Source: a virus | Taxonomy: Duplodnaviria; Heunggongvirae; Uroviricota; Caudoviricetes; Demerecviridae | Virus record (IMG/VR): IMGVR_UViG_2595698513_000001 | Location: 1 to 30,744 of that record | DNA length: 30,744 bases | Direction: 5' to 3' (one strand) | In this document: in pieces, positions 9,056 to 18,252 of the stretch | Layout of the letters: each line of letters begins with the position of its first letter | Position numbering within the stretch: position 1 is the stretch's first letter | The notes under the pieces: model-generated | What the model was told of the DNA's origin: nothing | The model's database searches: none | The model's input: only the letters and a program-made list of their open reading frames with translations | Position numbers and translations under genes: made by a program

Positions 9056-9573
9056 AGTTTCTTCCTAGATATGGCTTTCTTCTCATTAGTTACTTCATAG
9101 AGATAGAATGCACTACCTACTTGAATATAACCAACATAGTCTGCCACCTGCTCTGTTACAAATGCTACAGGAAGTTTTGTCATTAGCCTGTAGTATCCAT
9201 TCCATGTTCTGTCAACCCTTAATACTTTAACATATTTTATATGATAAAACTTGCTAGGCTTATACCTAACAATACAGCCCTCCGCATCTATAAACCATCT
9301 TCTTTTAGAGTTAGCTAGTTGGCTTAGAGAGGTGAATCTTTCTCTCAATGGGTATATCTTGAATTCCAATTGGTCTGCCACCCCTAGCAGTTTTACTCTA
9401 CGTTCTGCATAGTTTCCTTCCAATGCAGGACAGTCCAGTATGTATTCCCTATATTTGGAAGTTATTAGTATAAACTCCTCAAACTGTTTAATATCCTCGT
9501 ACGCCCTAAGAGCGTACAGAGGAAATTTAGCTTGGAACGGAGTTATGGCTTTGAACTTAGGCTGCAATGCCAA
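9052..9573 (-). CDS. conserved T5-like hypothetical protein between pol and D10
   Basis: Overlaps pol stop and D10 start. FPLYALR and FIDAEG segments resemble the T5 gene at this position (from memory). Confidence 0.75.
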   Translation of the reverse strand: MALQPKFKAITPFQAKFPLYALRAYEDIKQFEEFILITSKYREYILDCPALEGNYAERRVKLLGVADQLEFKIYPLRERFTSLSQLANSKRRWFIDAEGCIVRYKPSKFYHIKYVKVLRVDRTWNGYYRLMTKLPVAFVTEQVADYVGYIQVGSAFYLYEVTNEKKAISRKKL

Positions 9574-12130
9574 TATCCTGTAGCGACTCTAGAACCCATT
9601 CCCTGTAGTCATAGATAGCGCCCTCTTTAGGATTGACGTACTTACCTTTATCGTCTTTTTCAGGAGTCCACCCTTCCTTGATTTTCTCAAAGACTTCTTC
9701 TGCTTTAGCCTGCATTTCTGGACTATCGTACACAGAAATGAATGGGTATGCTTTATCCATCTTACCACAAGAGTAGTCACGAGAACCACCGTCCTCTGAG
9801 TCAGAGTCGATACCGATTGGACAACCTTTAATTGTCAACGGCTCATCATCCCAACCATTATAACGTAAATCCTGTACGTTACGGTCAATGATTTCATTGT
9901 ATTCATCAACTAAATCTTCGCGAACGATTGCAATAATCGAGTCGTGTACTAGACCGATAATTTCAGCGTCCATACCTTTAGCCATAATCTCTTTATCGGC
10001 CTCCATAACACCTACTAGTAGGCTGTCAGAAGATGCAGACTGGATAATAGCGTTAAATCCTGAACGTACTTCACCCGCTACAACACCACGGTCTGTAGAC
10101 TTGAAGTTACGTAGGCGACGTTTACGACCGTAGAAGTTGTAAATGAAGCCATATTGACGGATTTGCTCATGTGAAGAGTTAATCCAACGACGCAATTGTG
10201 GGAACTTACGGAAGTAAGTATCAATGTGTCCTTTCGCATCTTCAATAGTACAAGGTACAAATGGTTCGCCTGTCTCAAGTGATTGCTCTAGCAGTGCAAT
10301 GTTAACAGATTCTGCAACTTTAGCCGGGCCACTACCATACATGATACCGAACGTGATAGCTTTGGCTGCTTGACGCATTGCAGGGAACTTCTTCTTAACT
10401 TCATTAGGCTTACAAGGTAGGTTAAATACCATGTGAGCAATAGTTGAGTGGAAGTCGGCATATTTATCAGGCTCGTTAGTCATGTTGATAAATACTTGCT
10501 GTAGGTTACGGTCGCCAGATAGAACAGCAGCGTAGTAAACCTCAGCAGTTGTCAAGTCTTTTGCTACAACTTTATAGCCTTTTGGAGCTACGATACAACC
10601 TTTGATAATCGGGTTATCACGAGGAAGTTGCTGTGCGTTAAATGTACCAGATGAACTTAAACGCCCAGAAGTTGTACTAGTACACAAGAAGTTAGTACGA
10701 ATACGACCATCTGCATCAATATTATCTAGTAACTTGATAATAAATGAGTTAATCAACTTACTTGTCTTACGAATATCCAAGATAAGTTTAGGAATTGGGT
10801 GTTGCTCACCTAATTTCTCCAATACTTCCGCATCGGTAGAGTCAGCACCTGAGTCTGTCATTTTACCTGTAGGAGATAAACCTACAACATCAAACAATAG
10901 AGTACGAAGTTGTTGAGTAGAGTTCGGATTGAACTGTTTGTCAAGTAGCGCTTCACACTCTTTAACTTCTGGGAACTCATATAGTTTTTCTTGTAGCTGA
11001 CGTAGTTGTAGTTCTAGGTGCTCATGTGCACGATACAATCGTTTACGTGATAGTGGAATACCACGTTCTTCCATACGACCCAAGAAACGGGTAGCAGGCA
11101 TTAGTAGATTCTCATACAACCATTTAAGTTTGAATGAGGTATCGCGACATAGGATGTTCCAGAACTTATGGTAAAGACGAATAGTTGCGTCAGTATCGCC
11201 CGCAGCATATTGCCACATAATGTCAAACGGAATAAGGTCATAGGTGAACTCTTCCTGCTTGATTTTATGCTCTTTACAGTAGTTCTTCTTGAACTCGTCC
11301 AGTGCAAAGTCATAGTCACCCATATCGGTGTACTTCATCGCTAGGGACTTCAAGCCGTGTGTACCTTGACGTTCATCAAGTACATAGTGCATAACCATAG
11401 TATCGTGTAGACGACCTTCTTGGTGTGCTTTTTCGAAATTAGTACCGAAGTGGTAAGTCATAATGTGATCATCGAACTTAGAGTTGTGTAAAACAACGTT
11501 ACGCTTCGGTGTGTCAATAATTTTTTGTAATAGCTCCGCACATTCATCGTCAAAGTAATCTGCGTCCATGTACACACCTTGATGGGTTCTATGAGACATT
11601 GAAATACCTAGGGGTTGACATTTACGTGCTGCTAGACCTGTAGTTTCCGTATCGAGTGCGATAACAGGTACTTGCGCAACAGGTAACATGTACACAAGAT
11701 TTAGATATTCTAGGATACCTTCTGTACTTTGAATAGGGGCATAATCTACTTCTGCTTTAGCTTCTTTTGTACCGTCCATGATAGAACGGATCTCAGCTAC
11801 AGTTGCATCAAACGCAGGTTTAGTTTCTGGCTTAATAAACAACATCGCAGGGTTAGATGATACTAAGAAGTTTTTGTATGAACCATCTTTAGATTCTACT
11901 TGTTTACCTGAGTAATCTGTTACACGAGTATGACGTGTATATTGTTTTAGAGCTTCTGAGCCAACAAGAATAATCCAGTCGTAGTCATGCGGGTTTAGCT
12001 CTAGAGTAATATCAGCTTTCTTTAGACGCTGAACTTTCTTATCAGCTAGGTGTAGGACTTCTACTGGAAATCCGAAAAGTTTTTCGTAGTTTACCTTGTT
12101 AGGGCACTTATCAATAATAGCTACTTTCAT
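9557..12130 (-). CDS. pol: family A DNA polymerase with 3'-5' exonuclease and N-terminal degenerate UDG-like domain
   Basis: ExoI LDTETTGL, ExoII HNSKFD, ExoIII YAAGD; motif A DLTTAEV, motif B RQAAKAITFGIMYG, motif C VHDS. Start moved to MKVAIID (ATG 12130) because of the AAGGA RBS. Confidence 0.97.
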   Translation of the reverse strand: MKVAIIDKCPNKVNYEKLFGFPVEVLHLADKKVQRLKKADITLELNPHDYDWIILVGSEALKQYTRHTRVTDYSGKQVESKDGSYKNFLVSSNPAMLFIKPETKPAFDATVAEIRSIMDGTKEAKAEVDYAPIQSTEGILEYLNLVYMLPVAQVPVIALDTETTGLAARKCQPLGISMSHRTHQGVYMDADYFDDECAELLQKIIDTPKRNVVLHNSKFDDHIMTYHFGTNFEKAHQEGRLHDTMVMHYVLDERQGTHGLKSLAMKYTDMGDYDFALDEFKKNYCKEHKIKQEEFTYDLIPFDIMWQYAAGDTDATIRLYHKFWNILCRDTSFKLKWLYENLLMPATRFLGRMEERGIPLSRKRLYRAHEHLELQLRQLQEKLYEFPEVKECEALLDKQFNPNSTQQLRTLLFDVVGLSPTGKMTDSGADSTDAEVLEKLGEQHPIPKLILDIRKTSKLINSFIIKLLDNIDADGRIRTNFLCTSTTSGRLSSSGTFNAQQLPRDNPIIKGCIVAPKGYKVVAKDLTTAEVYYAAVLSGDRNLQQVFINMTNEPDKYADFHSTIAHMVFNLPCKPNEVKKKFPAMRQAAKAITFGIMYGSGPAKVAESVNIALLEQSLETGEPFVPCTIEDAKGHIDTYFRKFPQLRRWINSSHEQIRQYGFIYNFYGRKRRLRNFKSTDRGVVAGEVRSGFNAIIQSASSDSLLVGVMEADKEIMAKGMDAEIIGLVHDSIIAIVREDLVDEYNEIIDRNVQDLRYNGWDDEPLTIKGCPIGIDSDSEDGGSRDYSCGKMDKAYPFISVYDSPEMQAKAEEVFEKIKEGWTPEKDDKGKYVNPKEGAIYDYREWVLESLQDIGIAA

Positions 12131-12165
12131 ATAATTCCTTACAATTGCTATGGGATGTAACAACC

Positions 12166-12206
12166 AAAATAAAAAAGAGGTAATCCAGAAATCTCCGAAT
12201 TACCTC
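12166..12206 (-). terminator. intrinsic terminator between primase and polymerase
   Basis: Minus strand GAGGTAATTCGGA-GATT-TCTGGATTACCTC (13-bp stem with G.U pairs) followed by TTTTTTATTTT. Confidence 0.75.
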
Positions 12207-12209
12207 AGT

Positions 12210-12238
12210 ATTATATCAAAATCAGGATTACCTTGCAA
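12210..12238 (-). promoter_or_regulatory. sigma70-type promoter for pol
   Basis: TTGCAA-17 bp-TATAAT, overlapping the primase stop. Confidence 0.8.
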
Positions 12239-13100
12239 TTAGTTTTTCAATTTGAAATGCTAGTTTGTCCACTTCCTGTTGTGTGAGACAGCCCGGGTCT
12301 TTACCAGGTTCTAACATATAACTAATGTCTAAGGCTTCCATCTTAGTTTTCATACGTATAATATCTTCAATCTTCTTAGCTGCGTACCTACCTGCCTTAT
12401 CATTATCTAGAAGTATTAAGAATCTACGTACTCCTGAAATCATATAAGGTAATAGTTTATGGTATGCGTTTGAGAAGGTTAAGTTATGTGTACCAAAAAT
12501 ACACACGGAGTTTTCTATACCTTTATCATGTAGATTGAGCATGTCAAAAAGCCCCTCTGTAATTATCAAGGTATCAGAACCTTTTATAAAAGGAAATATA
12601 GGTATAACTGCTCTTTCTGGATATATTTTATACTTCGGTTTTACGTCCGAGTACATGTGACGACCGTTAAAGCATTGTATCTTACCAGTGGCATCGTATA
12701 TCGGGAAGATAATACGGTTTTCATAATCCTCATGCCCATAAGTAAATGCACCAAACTTTTTGTACGTCTCTGCGGAAATATCGCGGAAATCGTCAAAATA
12801 GTCACGGGCGCCAGCAGGGATTTCCATCCCACGAGTTTCTCTTTGTATCTCAGCGATTTTATCTTTAACGCTGTAAACTAAGTCATAAACAGGGCTTTGA
12901 TACTCTCCAAAGTGGACAAATATATTTCCGTGATAACCACAACTAAAACAGTTAAACTTCCCTGTTTCACTGTCAATCCGCATGGAAGGATTGGAATCAT
13001 CGTGTTCTGGATTAATACACTTGACAAGGAGATCTCTCCCCTTGTCTACGTAGTGTATATCTCTGTCTTTTAATAAATTTTCCACATTAGTCGAGTTCAT
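12228..13100 (-). CDS. DnaG-type DNA primase
   Basis: CHC2 zinc finger (CINPEH...CFSC), TOPRIM ITEGLFD and LDND.AG. Confidence 0.95.
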   Translation of the reverse strand: MNSTNVENLLKDRDIHYVDKGRDLLVKCINPEHDDSNPSMRIDSETGKFNCFSCGYHGNIFVHFGEYQSPVYDLVYSVKDKIAEIQRETRGMEIPAGARDYFDDFRDISAETYKKFGAFTYGHEDYENRIIFPIYDATGKIQCFNGRHMYSDVKPKYKIYPERAVIPIFPFIKGSDTLIITEGLFDMLNLHDKGIENSVCIFGTHNLTFSNAYHKLLPYMISGVRRFLILLDNDKAGRYAAKKIEDIIRMKTKMEALDISYMLEPGKDPGCLTQQEVDKLAFQIEKLIAR

Positions 13101-14487
13101 AACTAGCGTCCTGTACTGATGTTGAAACCTGTGCCTCTGCCTTACTTTGTTCCACTTCTTCTAAAGATACCTCTTTAGGGTCAATCTTCAGCGTATTCCA
13201 GTCAATACCTACATTAAATTGGCAAGGTGGCAGAGAACGTACTTTCTTGGCATTTAGTTGAATGATGCCTGCTTCATGGTCTGCATCTAAAGTCATGGCG
13301 ATATCCACCGGAACTAGTATAGATTTGGAGAATCTGGCTTCACCATTATCATTTAGCTGATACGGTGAAAATATAGCGCAGTCATGTTTACGTGCTAGGC
13401 GTTTTAGACCTCGTGATAGCTCTAATTGGTAAACCCAATCGTATGGATCACCTTGACCATCTAGTCTTACTTCGTTAATGTAGTCCACAACTCCCATAGT
13501 AAGTTTGTTACCGTATTGGGACTTGAATTTACTTAGACTAACATCAATAGTAGACATTCTAAGGTCTGAATCATCAACAATAATCAATGGATGCGTTTCT
13601 TCGTGATTACGCATCAACTGCTGATCTAGCTCAAAAAAGTCTGAGGCTTTAAGATGGTTTTTATTTCGTACAAAATTCTTATAGGCTTCTGCACCACCAT
13701 GAAACATTTTTGCTCTAGTTAACGCTAGTTTTAGTAGTTCTTCACCTTCAAGCGTTCCTTGCTTAACTTTCATAGCAGGTACCCCTGCCATAATAGCCAA
13801 CATACGTAGTAAGGTTTCTCTACCTGTCATCTCAATAGTATAGTACGGAGCAATATTCCCTGCATAATACTGTTGAACACATAGGTTAGAACAAAATACC
13901 GATTTACCAGAACCAATTTTACCGCCTAAGAAGATTACCTCTTGTCTACCTACACCACCAAACTCTGAGTCCCATCGGTTGGAAATACCAGTGTACATTA
14001 AGTCTAGCTGTGATTGCTCTTCTGTTTGGAATACTGGGATTTGAGAGGCAGTAAGAATACTCCCACTATGCTCAATCTTTTCCTCTAACTTCAGTGGTAG
14101 AGCACTGAGTCTATCAACTAAGTCCTCTGCGGTTAGCATTGTAATATCGTCTAATAAATCTCGGCTGATCATGGTCAACGCCTCTTGTTGGGCGTATTCA
14201 TTTCTAAGAGCATCGACTGCCATATCGAAGTCTATGTCTAATTCTTCTAGGTTCTTTAAGGCTGCTAGTGCCATTTGTAGGTTGTTATTACGACTAAACT
14301 TGATACTAAGCTCATCCATGCTTGGTATTTTACCATGTTCATCGTAATATTTAGCGATAGCCTTATGAATTGTACCGTAGGAACTAGAGAAGAAATGGGG
14401 CTTGATCTTGTCGAAGCAAGCTAGTGCTAATTCTTTATCAGTACAAGACAGGAGTAATTTTAATACAACTGCTTGAACGTTTATCAT
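13087..14487 (-). CDS. D6: DnaB-like replicative helicase (T5 D6-like)
   Basis: Walker A GGKIGSGKS, YYTIEM, VVDYIN, SPYQ, RFSKSIL, KVR. Confidence 0.9.
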   Translation of the reverse strand: MINVQAVVLKLLLSCTDKELALACFDKIKPHFFSSSYGTIHKAIAKYYDEHGKIPSMDELSIKFSRNNNLQMALAALKNLEELDIDFDMAVDALRNEYAQQEALTMISRDLLDDITMLTAEDLVDRLSALPLKLEEKIEHSGSILTASQIPVFQTEEQSQLDLMYTGISNRWDSEFGGVGRQEVIFLGGKIGSGKSVFCSNLCVQQYYAGNIAPYYTIEMTGRETLLRMLAIMAGVPAMKVKQGTLEGEELLKLALTRAKMFHGGAEAYKNFVRNKNHLKASDFFELDQQLMRNHEETHPLIIVDDSDLRMSTIDVSLSKFKSQYGNKLTMGVVDYINEVRLDGQGDPYDWVYQLELSRGLKRLARKHDCAIFSPYQLNDNGEARFSKSILVPVDIAMTLDADHEAGIIQLNAKKVRSLPPCQFNVGIDWNTLKIDPKEVSLEEVEQSKAEAQVSTSVQDASYELD

Positions 14488-14502
14488 TACTGCTCCGATA
14501 AT

Positions 14503-14534
14503 AAAAAAGGGAAGCTAATAGCCTCCCTCTTTTT
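14503..14534 (-). terminator. intrinsic terminator after D5
   Basis: Minus strand AGGGAGGCT-ATT-AGCTTCCCT followed by TTTTT; A/T tracts on both sides. Confidence 0.8.
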
Positions 14535-14547
14535 CACTTAATAAGAA

Positions 14548-15312
14548 TTACTCAGCTTTTTCAGCTTTAGCGTCTAGTTTTGCACGTTGTTTTTCACCGT
14601 TATGGTCTGCACAAGCTAAACCACGACGAGTTAGAGCGTTTTTAACACCGCGTTCTGACTTACCAACTTTCTCAGCGATTTGAGCAACAGTTAGGTCAGC
14701 CATTTCACCCATTACAGGTTCTAGCCAGTCCGCACGTACTGTAGCTTTGCTTTCTGCTTGATGAGGGATTTCGTTGATACGACCTTCACGATGTAGGCTT
14801 AGACCTTTACCACGTACAGATTGTAGTGGACGACCCATAGCTTCTGCGATTGCTTCTAGAGAATCACCAGCGTTAGCCATTTCGATGAATTTTGCTTCTT
14901 CTGCTTCAGTATAAGTACGTTTAGCAGCAACTTTTTCAGCTTTCTTCACAGCGTCAGTCATTTCTAGAGAAAGAACCTTACCTTGAATTTGCTTAGCAGT
15001 AAATTTACCACCTAGGAAAGTAGCAGCAACTTCATTGTAAGTCATTGTACCGTTGTGAGTGTTTAGGAAGTCAACTAGAGCAGCTTCTTCGTCTTCAGCC
15101 CATGCTGATTTGTTAGCGTCAGATGCTTTTTGAACTTCTAGAGATAGTTCACCAACTTTTACAAGTTGACGTAGTTTAGAACCGATACCACGAGCAGTGT
15201 GACCTAGCTCAGTAGCAATGTCTTGTAGCAATTCTTGTGATACTAGAGTAACACCTTCTACACGAGCTTTAAGTACAGATACGTTTTCTTCATTCCAAGC
15301 GAATTTAGCCAT
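14548..15312 (-). CDS. D5: DNA-binding protein with repeated HTH/Myb-like domains (T5 D5-like)
   Basis: W-x-EE helical repeats (AWNEEN, AWAEDEE, YTEAEE), RGIGSKLR, strongly biased codon usage, synteny between ligB and D6. Confidence 0.85.
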   Translation of the reverse strand: MAKFAWNEENVSVLKARVEGVTLVSQELLQDIATELGHTARGIGSKLRQLVKVGELSLEVQKASDANKSAWAEDEEAALVDFLNTHNGTMTYNEVAATFLGGKFTAKQIQGKVLSLEMTDAVKKAEKVAAKRTYTEAEEAKFIEMANAGDSLEAIAEAMGRPLQSVRGKGLSLHREGRINEIPHQAESKATVRADWLEPVMGEMADLTVAQIAEKVGKSERGVKNALTRRGLACADHNGEKQRAKLDAKAEKAE

Positions 15313-15316
15313 TATT

Positions 15317-16093
15317 TTATTCTCCGATAATATTAATTAATTCTTTGATTGATACGATAGGTAACTCATTTGCTAATGCTTTCTTGTAAGACGAAGATCC
15401 TTTCTTCGTATCATCTTCACAAATGAGATATTTAACTGATTTGGTAACACTGCCTTTAACAGAGATACCGTATTTAGATAAGTAGTCAGCAGCTTTTGAG
15501 CGACTAGCGAAGTCGTTAAGCTTGCCTGTGATACATACATCGAATTTGTGCTCTGTATTTTGTGTCGGTTTTGCGCTTACTTCCGAGAAAGTAATAAAAC
15601 CGTCCAGAGCTTCGATTGTATCCATACCCTCTAGTGATTTACACCATTCCATGAGGGACTCCGTAGCTTTCTCACCTAGACCTGCATCCTTACAGGCTTT
15701 AACAGTGATTTCCTGAAAACTATTGATTTTTGTAGCAAGCTTCTCAGCGGCTACTTTACCGATTAACTTAATACCTAGCGAGCCAAGAACAGTAGCAAAA
15801 TCGCTGGTTTTAGTTTTTTGTAGTTCGGTAAAGAGCTTCGAACCTACTTTATCACCAAGAACTGATGTGAGCCGCTGCTCTGTCAGGCTGTAAAGTCCCG
15901 ATATAGTAGATAGTTCTAGTTTGGTAATAGTTGCAGAGCCGAAACCCTTAATTTTCATTTTCTTACAGTAGTTCTCAACAAGTTTAGAACTCTGTGCGGG
16001 ACAAGCAGTTTTATTTCGACAGAATAATTGACCGTTAACGTTTTCAAGAGTTGAACCGCATGACGGACATTCTGTTGGAATCACTATTTGCAT
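15317..16093 (-). CDS. ligB: NAD-dependent DNA ligase, C-terminal subunit B
   Basis: C4 zinc finger CPSC...C...C, HhH motifs (IKGFG, LGIKLIG, GLGEK), BRCT CITGKL...GSVTKSVKYL. Confidence 0.92.
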   Translation of the reverse strand: MQIVIPTECPSCGSTLENVNGQLFCRNKTACPAQSSKLVENYCKKMKIKGFGSATITKLELSTISGLYSLTEQRLTSVLGDKVGSKLFTELQKTKTSDFATVLGSLGIKLIGKVAAEKLATKINSFQEITVKACKDAGLGEKATESLMEWCKSLEGMDTIEALDGFITFSEVSAKPTQNTEHKFDVCITGKLNDFASRSKAADYLSKYGISVKGSVTKSVKYLICEDDTKKGSSSYKKALANELPIVSIKELINIIGE

Positions 16094-16122
16094 TTAATTA
16101 TCTCCCTCAACTTTATGATAAT

Positions 16123-16152
16123 ATTATATCAAGAATTTTAGCAGTTGAGCAA
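16123..16152 (-). promoter_or_regulatory. sigma70-type promoter for ligB-D5
   Basis: TTGCTC-18 bp-TATAAT; near-copy of the promoter at 7231-7259. Confidence 0.75.
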
Positions 16153-16219
16153 TTAAGTTTTTAATCTTTTTGCTAAGTGGTAATTTAATTAATTAGCTTT
16201 CCCTCAATTCGTGATGACT

Positions 16220-16248
16220 AGTATATACTGATTTATGAAAATTGTCAA
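16220..16248 (-). promoter_or_regulatory. second sigma70-type promoter upstream of ligB
   Basis: TTGACA-17 bp-TATACT. Confidence 0.8.
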
Positions 16249-16249
16249 A

Positions 16250-16813
16250 TCAGTTTTCTAACATCTCTTCGAGAGTGGCTTTTAATTCGTAAAAGTCCTT
16301 GTCAAATCGCAAGTTAAAAGTAGGAATACCATAACTACGGGAGATTTCCACAGCAGTTCTAGTACCGCCCTTAACGATTCTTGCTTGTGATTCTTCAGCA
16401 CAGTAAACAGTCAGGTCTGCCATAGTCTCAGGACTTAGAGCAACGCCTAAAGCTTGGAATACATTTCGTGTATGCATAGCACGACCACCGCGTTTTAGAC
16501 GATCCCATGCAGGGTGGTGGTCTTCTGCAATCCTAGCAGCTTCCATTCGTAGTGCTTCTGGACAGCTTTCTAGCGATAGGAACTGTGCATTACCAGTTTC
16601 ATAACCATCATTATAGCCATTCCAAGGTAAGAAGTGCTGGACGAAGATATATTTATCCCACTCTTTATCATTGCCTAGAGCATTGCCAGATGCTCCTGTT
16701 ACTCCTAGTAAGAATAGTAGTTTACCAATAACCTGGATACGCTCCGCATCCTGCTCTGTTAAGGTTCGGGAACCCACCACACAAGCCCTGTGATTCTTTA
16801 GATTTAATTTCAT
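16250..16813 (-). CDS. SLOG superfamily (DprA/Smf/YspA-like) nucleotide-binding protein
   Basis: VVGSR, SGNALGND (SGGAxGAD-like), FLPWNGYN, HPAW, HTRNVFQ, GGTRTAVEISRSYGIPTFNL. Confidence 0.8.
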   Translation of the reverse strand: MKLNLKNHRACVVGSRTLTEQDAERIQVIGKLLFLLGVTGASGNALGNDKEWDKYIFVQHFLPWNGYNDGYETGNAQFLSLESCPEALRMEAARIAEDHHPAWDRLKRGGRAMHTRNVFQALGVALSPETMADLTVYCAEESQARIVKGGTRTAVEISRSYGIPTFNLRFDKDFYELKATLEEMLEN

Positions 16814-17018
16814 TCTTCAATGCCTCATACATTTTTGGTGTTACAATAATCTTGTCTTTATATATTAAAGCTTGATCATCAGGTATGGAACTTTCGTAAG
16901 TTACTCTGTGTAGCTTTACGTATCTTCTACCTACTTTGGATTTTGATATACCCCATCTAGTGAACTTTCTCACTTTTACGGGGTATTGTATAATTACTTC
17001 TAGCCCTTTAATTATCAT
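16722..17018 (-). CDS. hypothetical basic protein (98 aa)
   Basis: ATG overlaps the upstream gene end; 3' end overlaps the SLOG gene by 92 bp. Confidence 0.55.
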   Translation of the reverse strand: MIIKGLEVIIQYPVKVRKFTRWGISKSKVGRRYVKLHRVTYESSIPDDQALIYKDKIIVTPKMYEALKNEIKSKESQGLCGGFPNLNRAGCGAYPGYW

Positions 17019-17229
17019 CGTCTACCCTTACATACTTATGCCAGTTGCCACCATATTTAAGGTATAATGTATCAAGAGGAACTTCTTGTGGCATCATAGC
17101 TGCGGCACCTGTCTTTGGTCTGGGTTTTGGTGGCTCTTTTATGGGGCTTAAATCACTAGCCCCTTTAGCTGGCTCAAGTGTAGGGGCATACTCCCAGGAG
17201 CTGCCGAATACCATGCTCCAAAAACCCAT
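17008..17229 (-). CDS. hypothetical Pro-rich protein (73 aa)
   Basis: TAATG coupling to the ligA stop; GAGG RBS. Confidence 0.65.
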   Translation of the reverse strand: MGFWSMVFGSSWEYAPTLEPAKGASDLSPIKEPPKPRPKTGAAAMMPQEVPLDTLYLKYGGNWHKYVRVDDDN

Positions 17230-18197
17230 TAGAAAGCCTCCACAATCTTAGGTATAATACCACCAGCACGAATAACACGAACTTTCTGACCGATATGAGT
17301 AATACCCATAGCTTTCATATATTCTACGTTATTTAATGTAACACGAGTTACTTTTGCGTCTTCAAGGACAACTTCTTTAACAATAGCAACCGGAGTTACT
17401 TTACCAGAAGCGCCTACTTGCCATAGAACATCTTCAATCTCTGTGATTTCACCTTCATCGTCTTCCTTAACAGCGAATGCACCTTTAGGGAATTTAGAAG
17501 TAAAACCTGCCTTGAAGTAGTCGCGGTTACGACGTAGACGGAATACATAACCATCAGTCATAATTAAGCCTTGTTCTACAGCTTTCTTAACATTATCGCT
17601 AAGAATAGTATGGAAGCCAAGACTTTCTAGCTCTTTCATATCGTTGTCGTACATAGCACCTAAACAACTATCAGAGCTAGTTTGTACATTATATGCAATG
17701 AAGCGTAAACCACCTTCTACAAGGCGAGACATGAAGTCAGAACCTTTATCTAAGTTCATAGCGCCTGATGCAAAGTTACGGGCGTTATCAATATCTTTAG
17801 TAGTTACTACTTCACCCGTTACTTGCATAATAGGAGCGTAGTAGTTTACTTCTGCTGGTACTAGTTCTTTGAGGTTTTGGGTAATATCACGACCTTTTAC
17901 ACCGTCACCACGAGTCAAGCCCTGAACAAACTTACCATTAATATATAAACAATCAACAGCACACCCATCAAGTTTATCTGACTCAATGTAAGGTTCTAGG
18001 TTTGGTAATTCGTCACCACGACAAGGATATTTCTTCTCTAGCGACCACATACGGAAGATGTGTGCAGCTTCACCCTTATGACCAATAGTTACTTCTGCGT
18101 CTGGGAAGCGACGAATCAGAGCATCATACTCTTCATCGGAGATTAGAGGCTCACCTTCGTAGTACGCACGTTGTAGTTCTTTAATAAATTCTTTCAT
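17229..18197 (-). CDS. ligA: NAD-dependent DNA ligase, N-terminal subunit A (adenylation + OB domains)
   Basis: YYEG...ISDEEYD, KLDG, LTRGDG, GEV, RNFASG, DGYVF, WQVGASGKVTPVA, RAGGIIPKI. Confidence 0.95.
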   Translation of the reverse strand: MKEFIKELQRAYYEGEPLISDEEYDALIRRFPDAEVTIGHKGEAAHIFRMWSLEKKYPCRGDELPNLEPYIESDKLDGCAVDCLYINGKFVQGLTRGDGVKGRDITQNLKELVPAEVNYYAPIMQVTGEVVTTKDIDNARNFASGAMNLDKGSDFMSRLVEGGLRFIAYNVQTSSDSCLGAMYDNDMKELESLGFHTILSDNVKKAVEQGLIMTDGYVFRLRRNRDYFKAGFTSKFPKGAFAVKEDDEGEITEIEDVLWQVGASGKVTPVAIVKEVVLEDAKVTRVTLNNVEYMKAMGITHIGQKVRVIRAGGIIPKIVEAF

Positions 18198-18223
18198 TAA
18201 AATCTCCTTTAATTTATGAATAT

Positions 18224-18252
18224 ATTATACTTACATTCGACCTGAAACGCAA
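18224..18252 (-). promoter_or_regulatory. sigma70-type promoter for ligA
   Basis: TTGCGT-17 bp-TATAAT, then AAGGAG RBS. Confidence 0.8.

Noticed and set aside
9557-12130. Inteins or introns in pol, helicases, nrdD or nrdB
   Set aside because: Lengths are normal, motifs are contiguous, and there are no intein termini or LAGLIDADG/HNH inserts.
15317-18197. Split ligase as a novel or pseudogenised gene
   Set aside because: A two-gene NAD+ ligase is an established T5 feature; both parts have intact motifs and RBSs.
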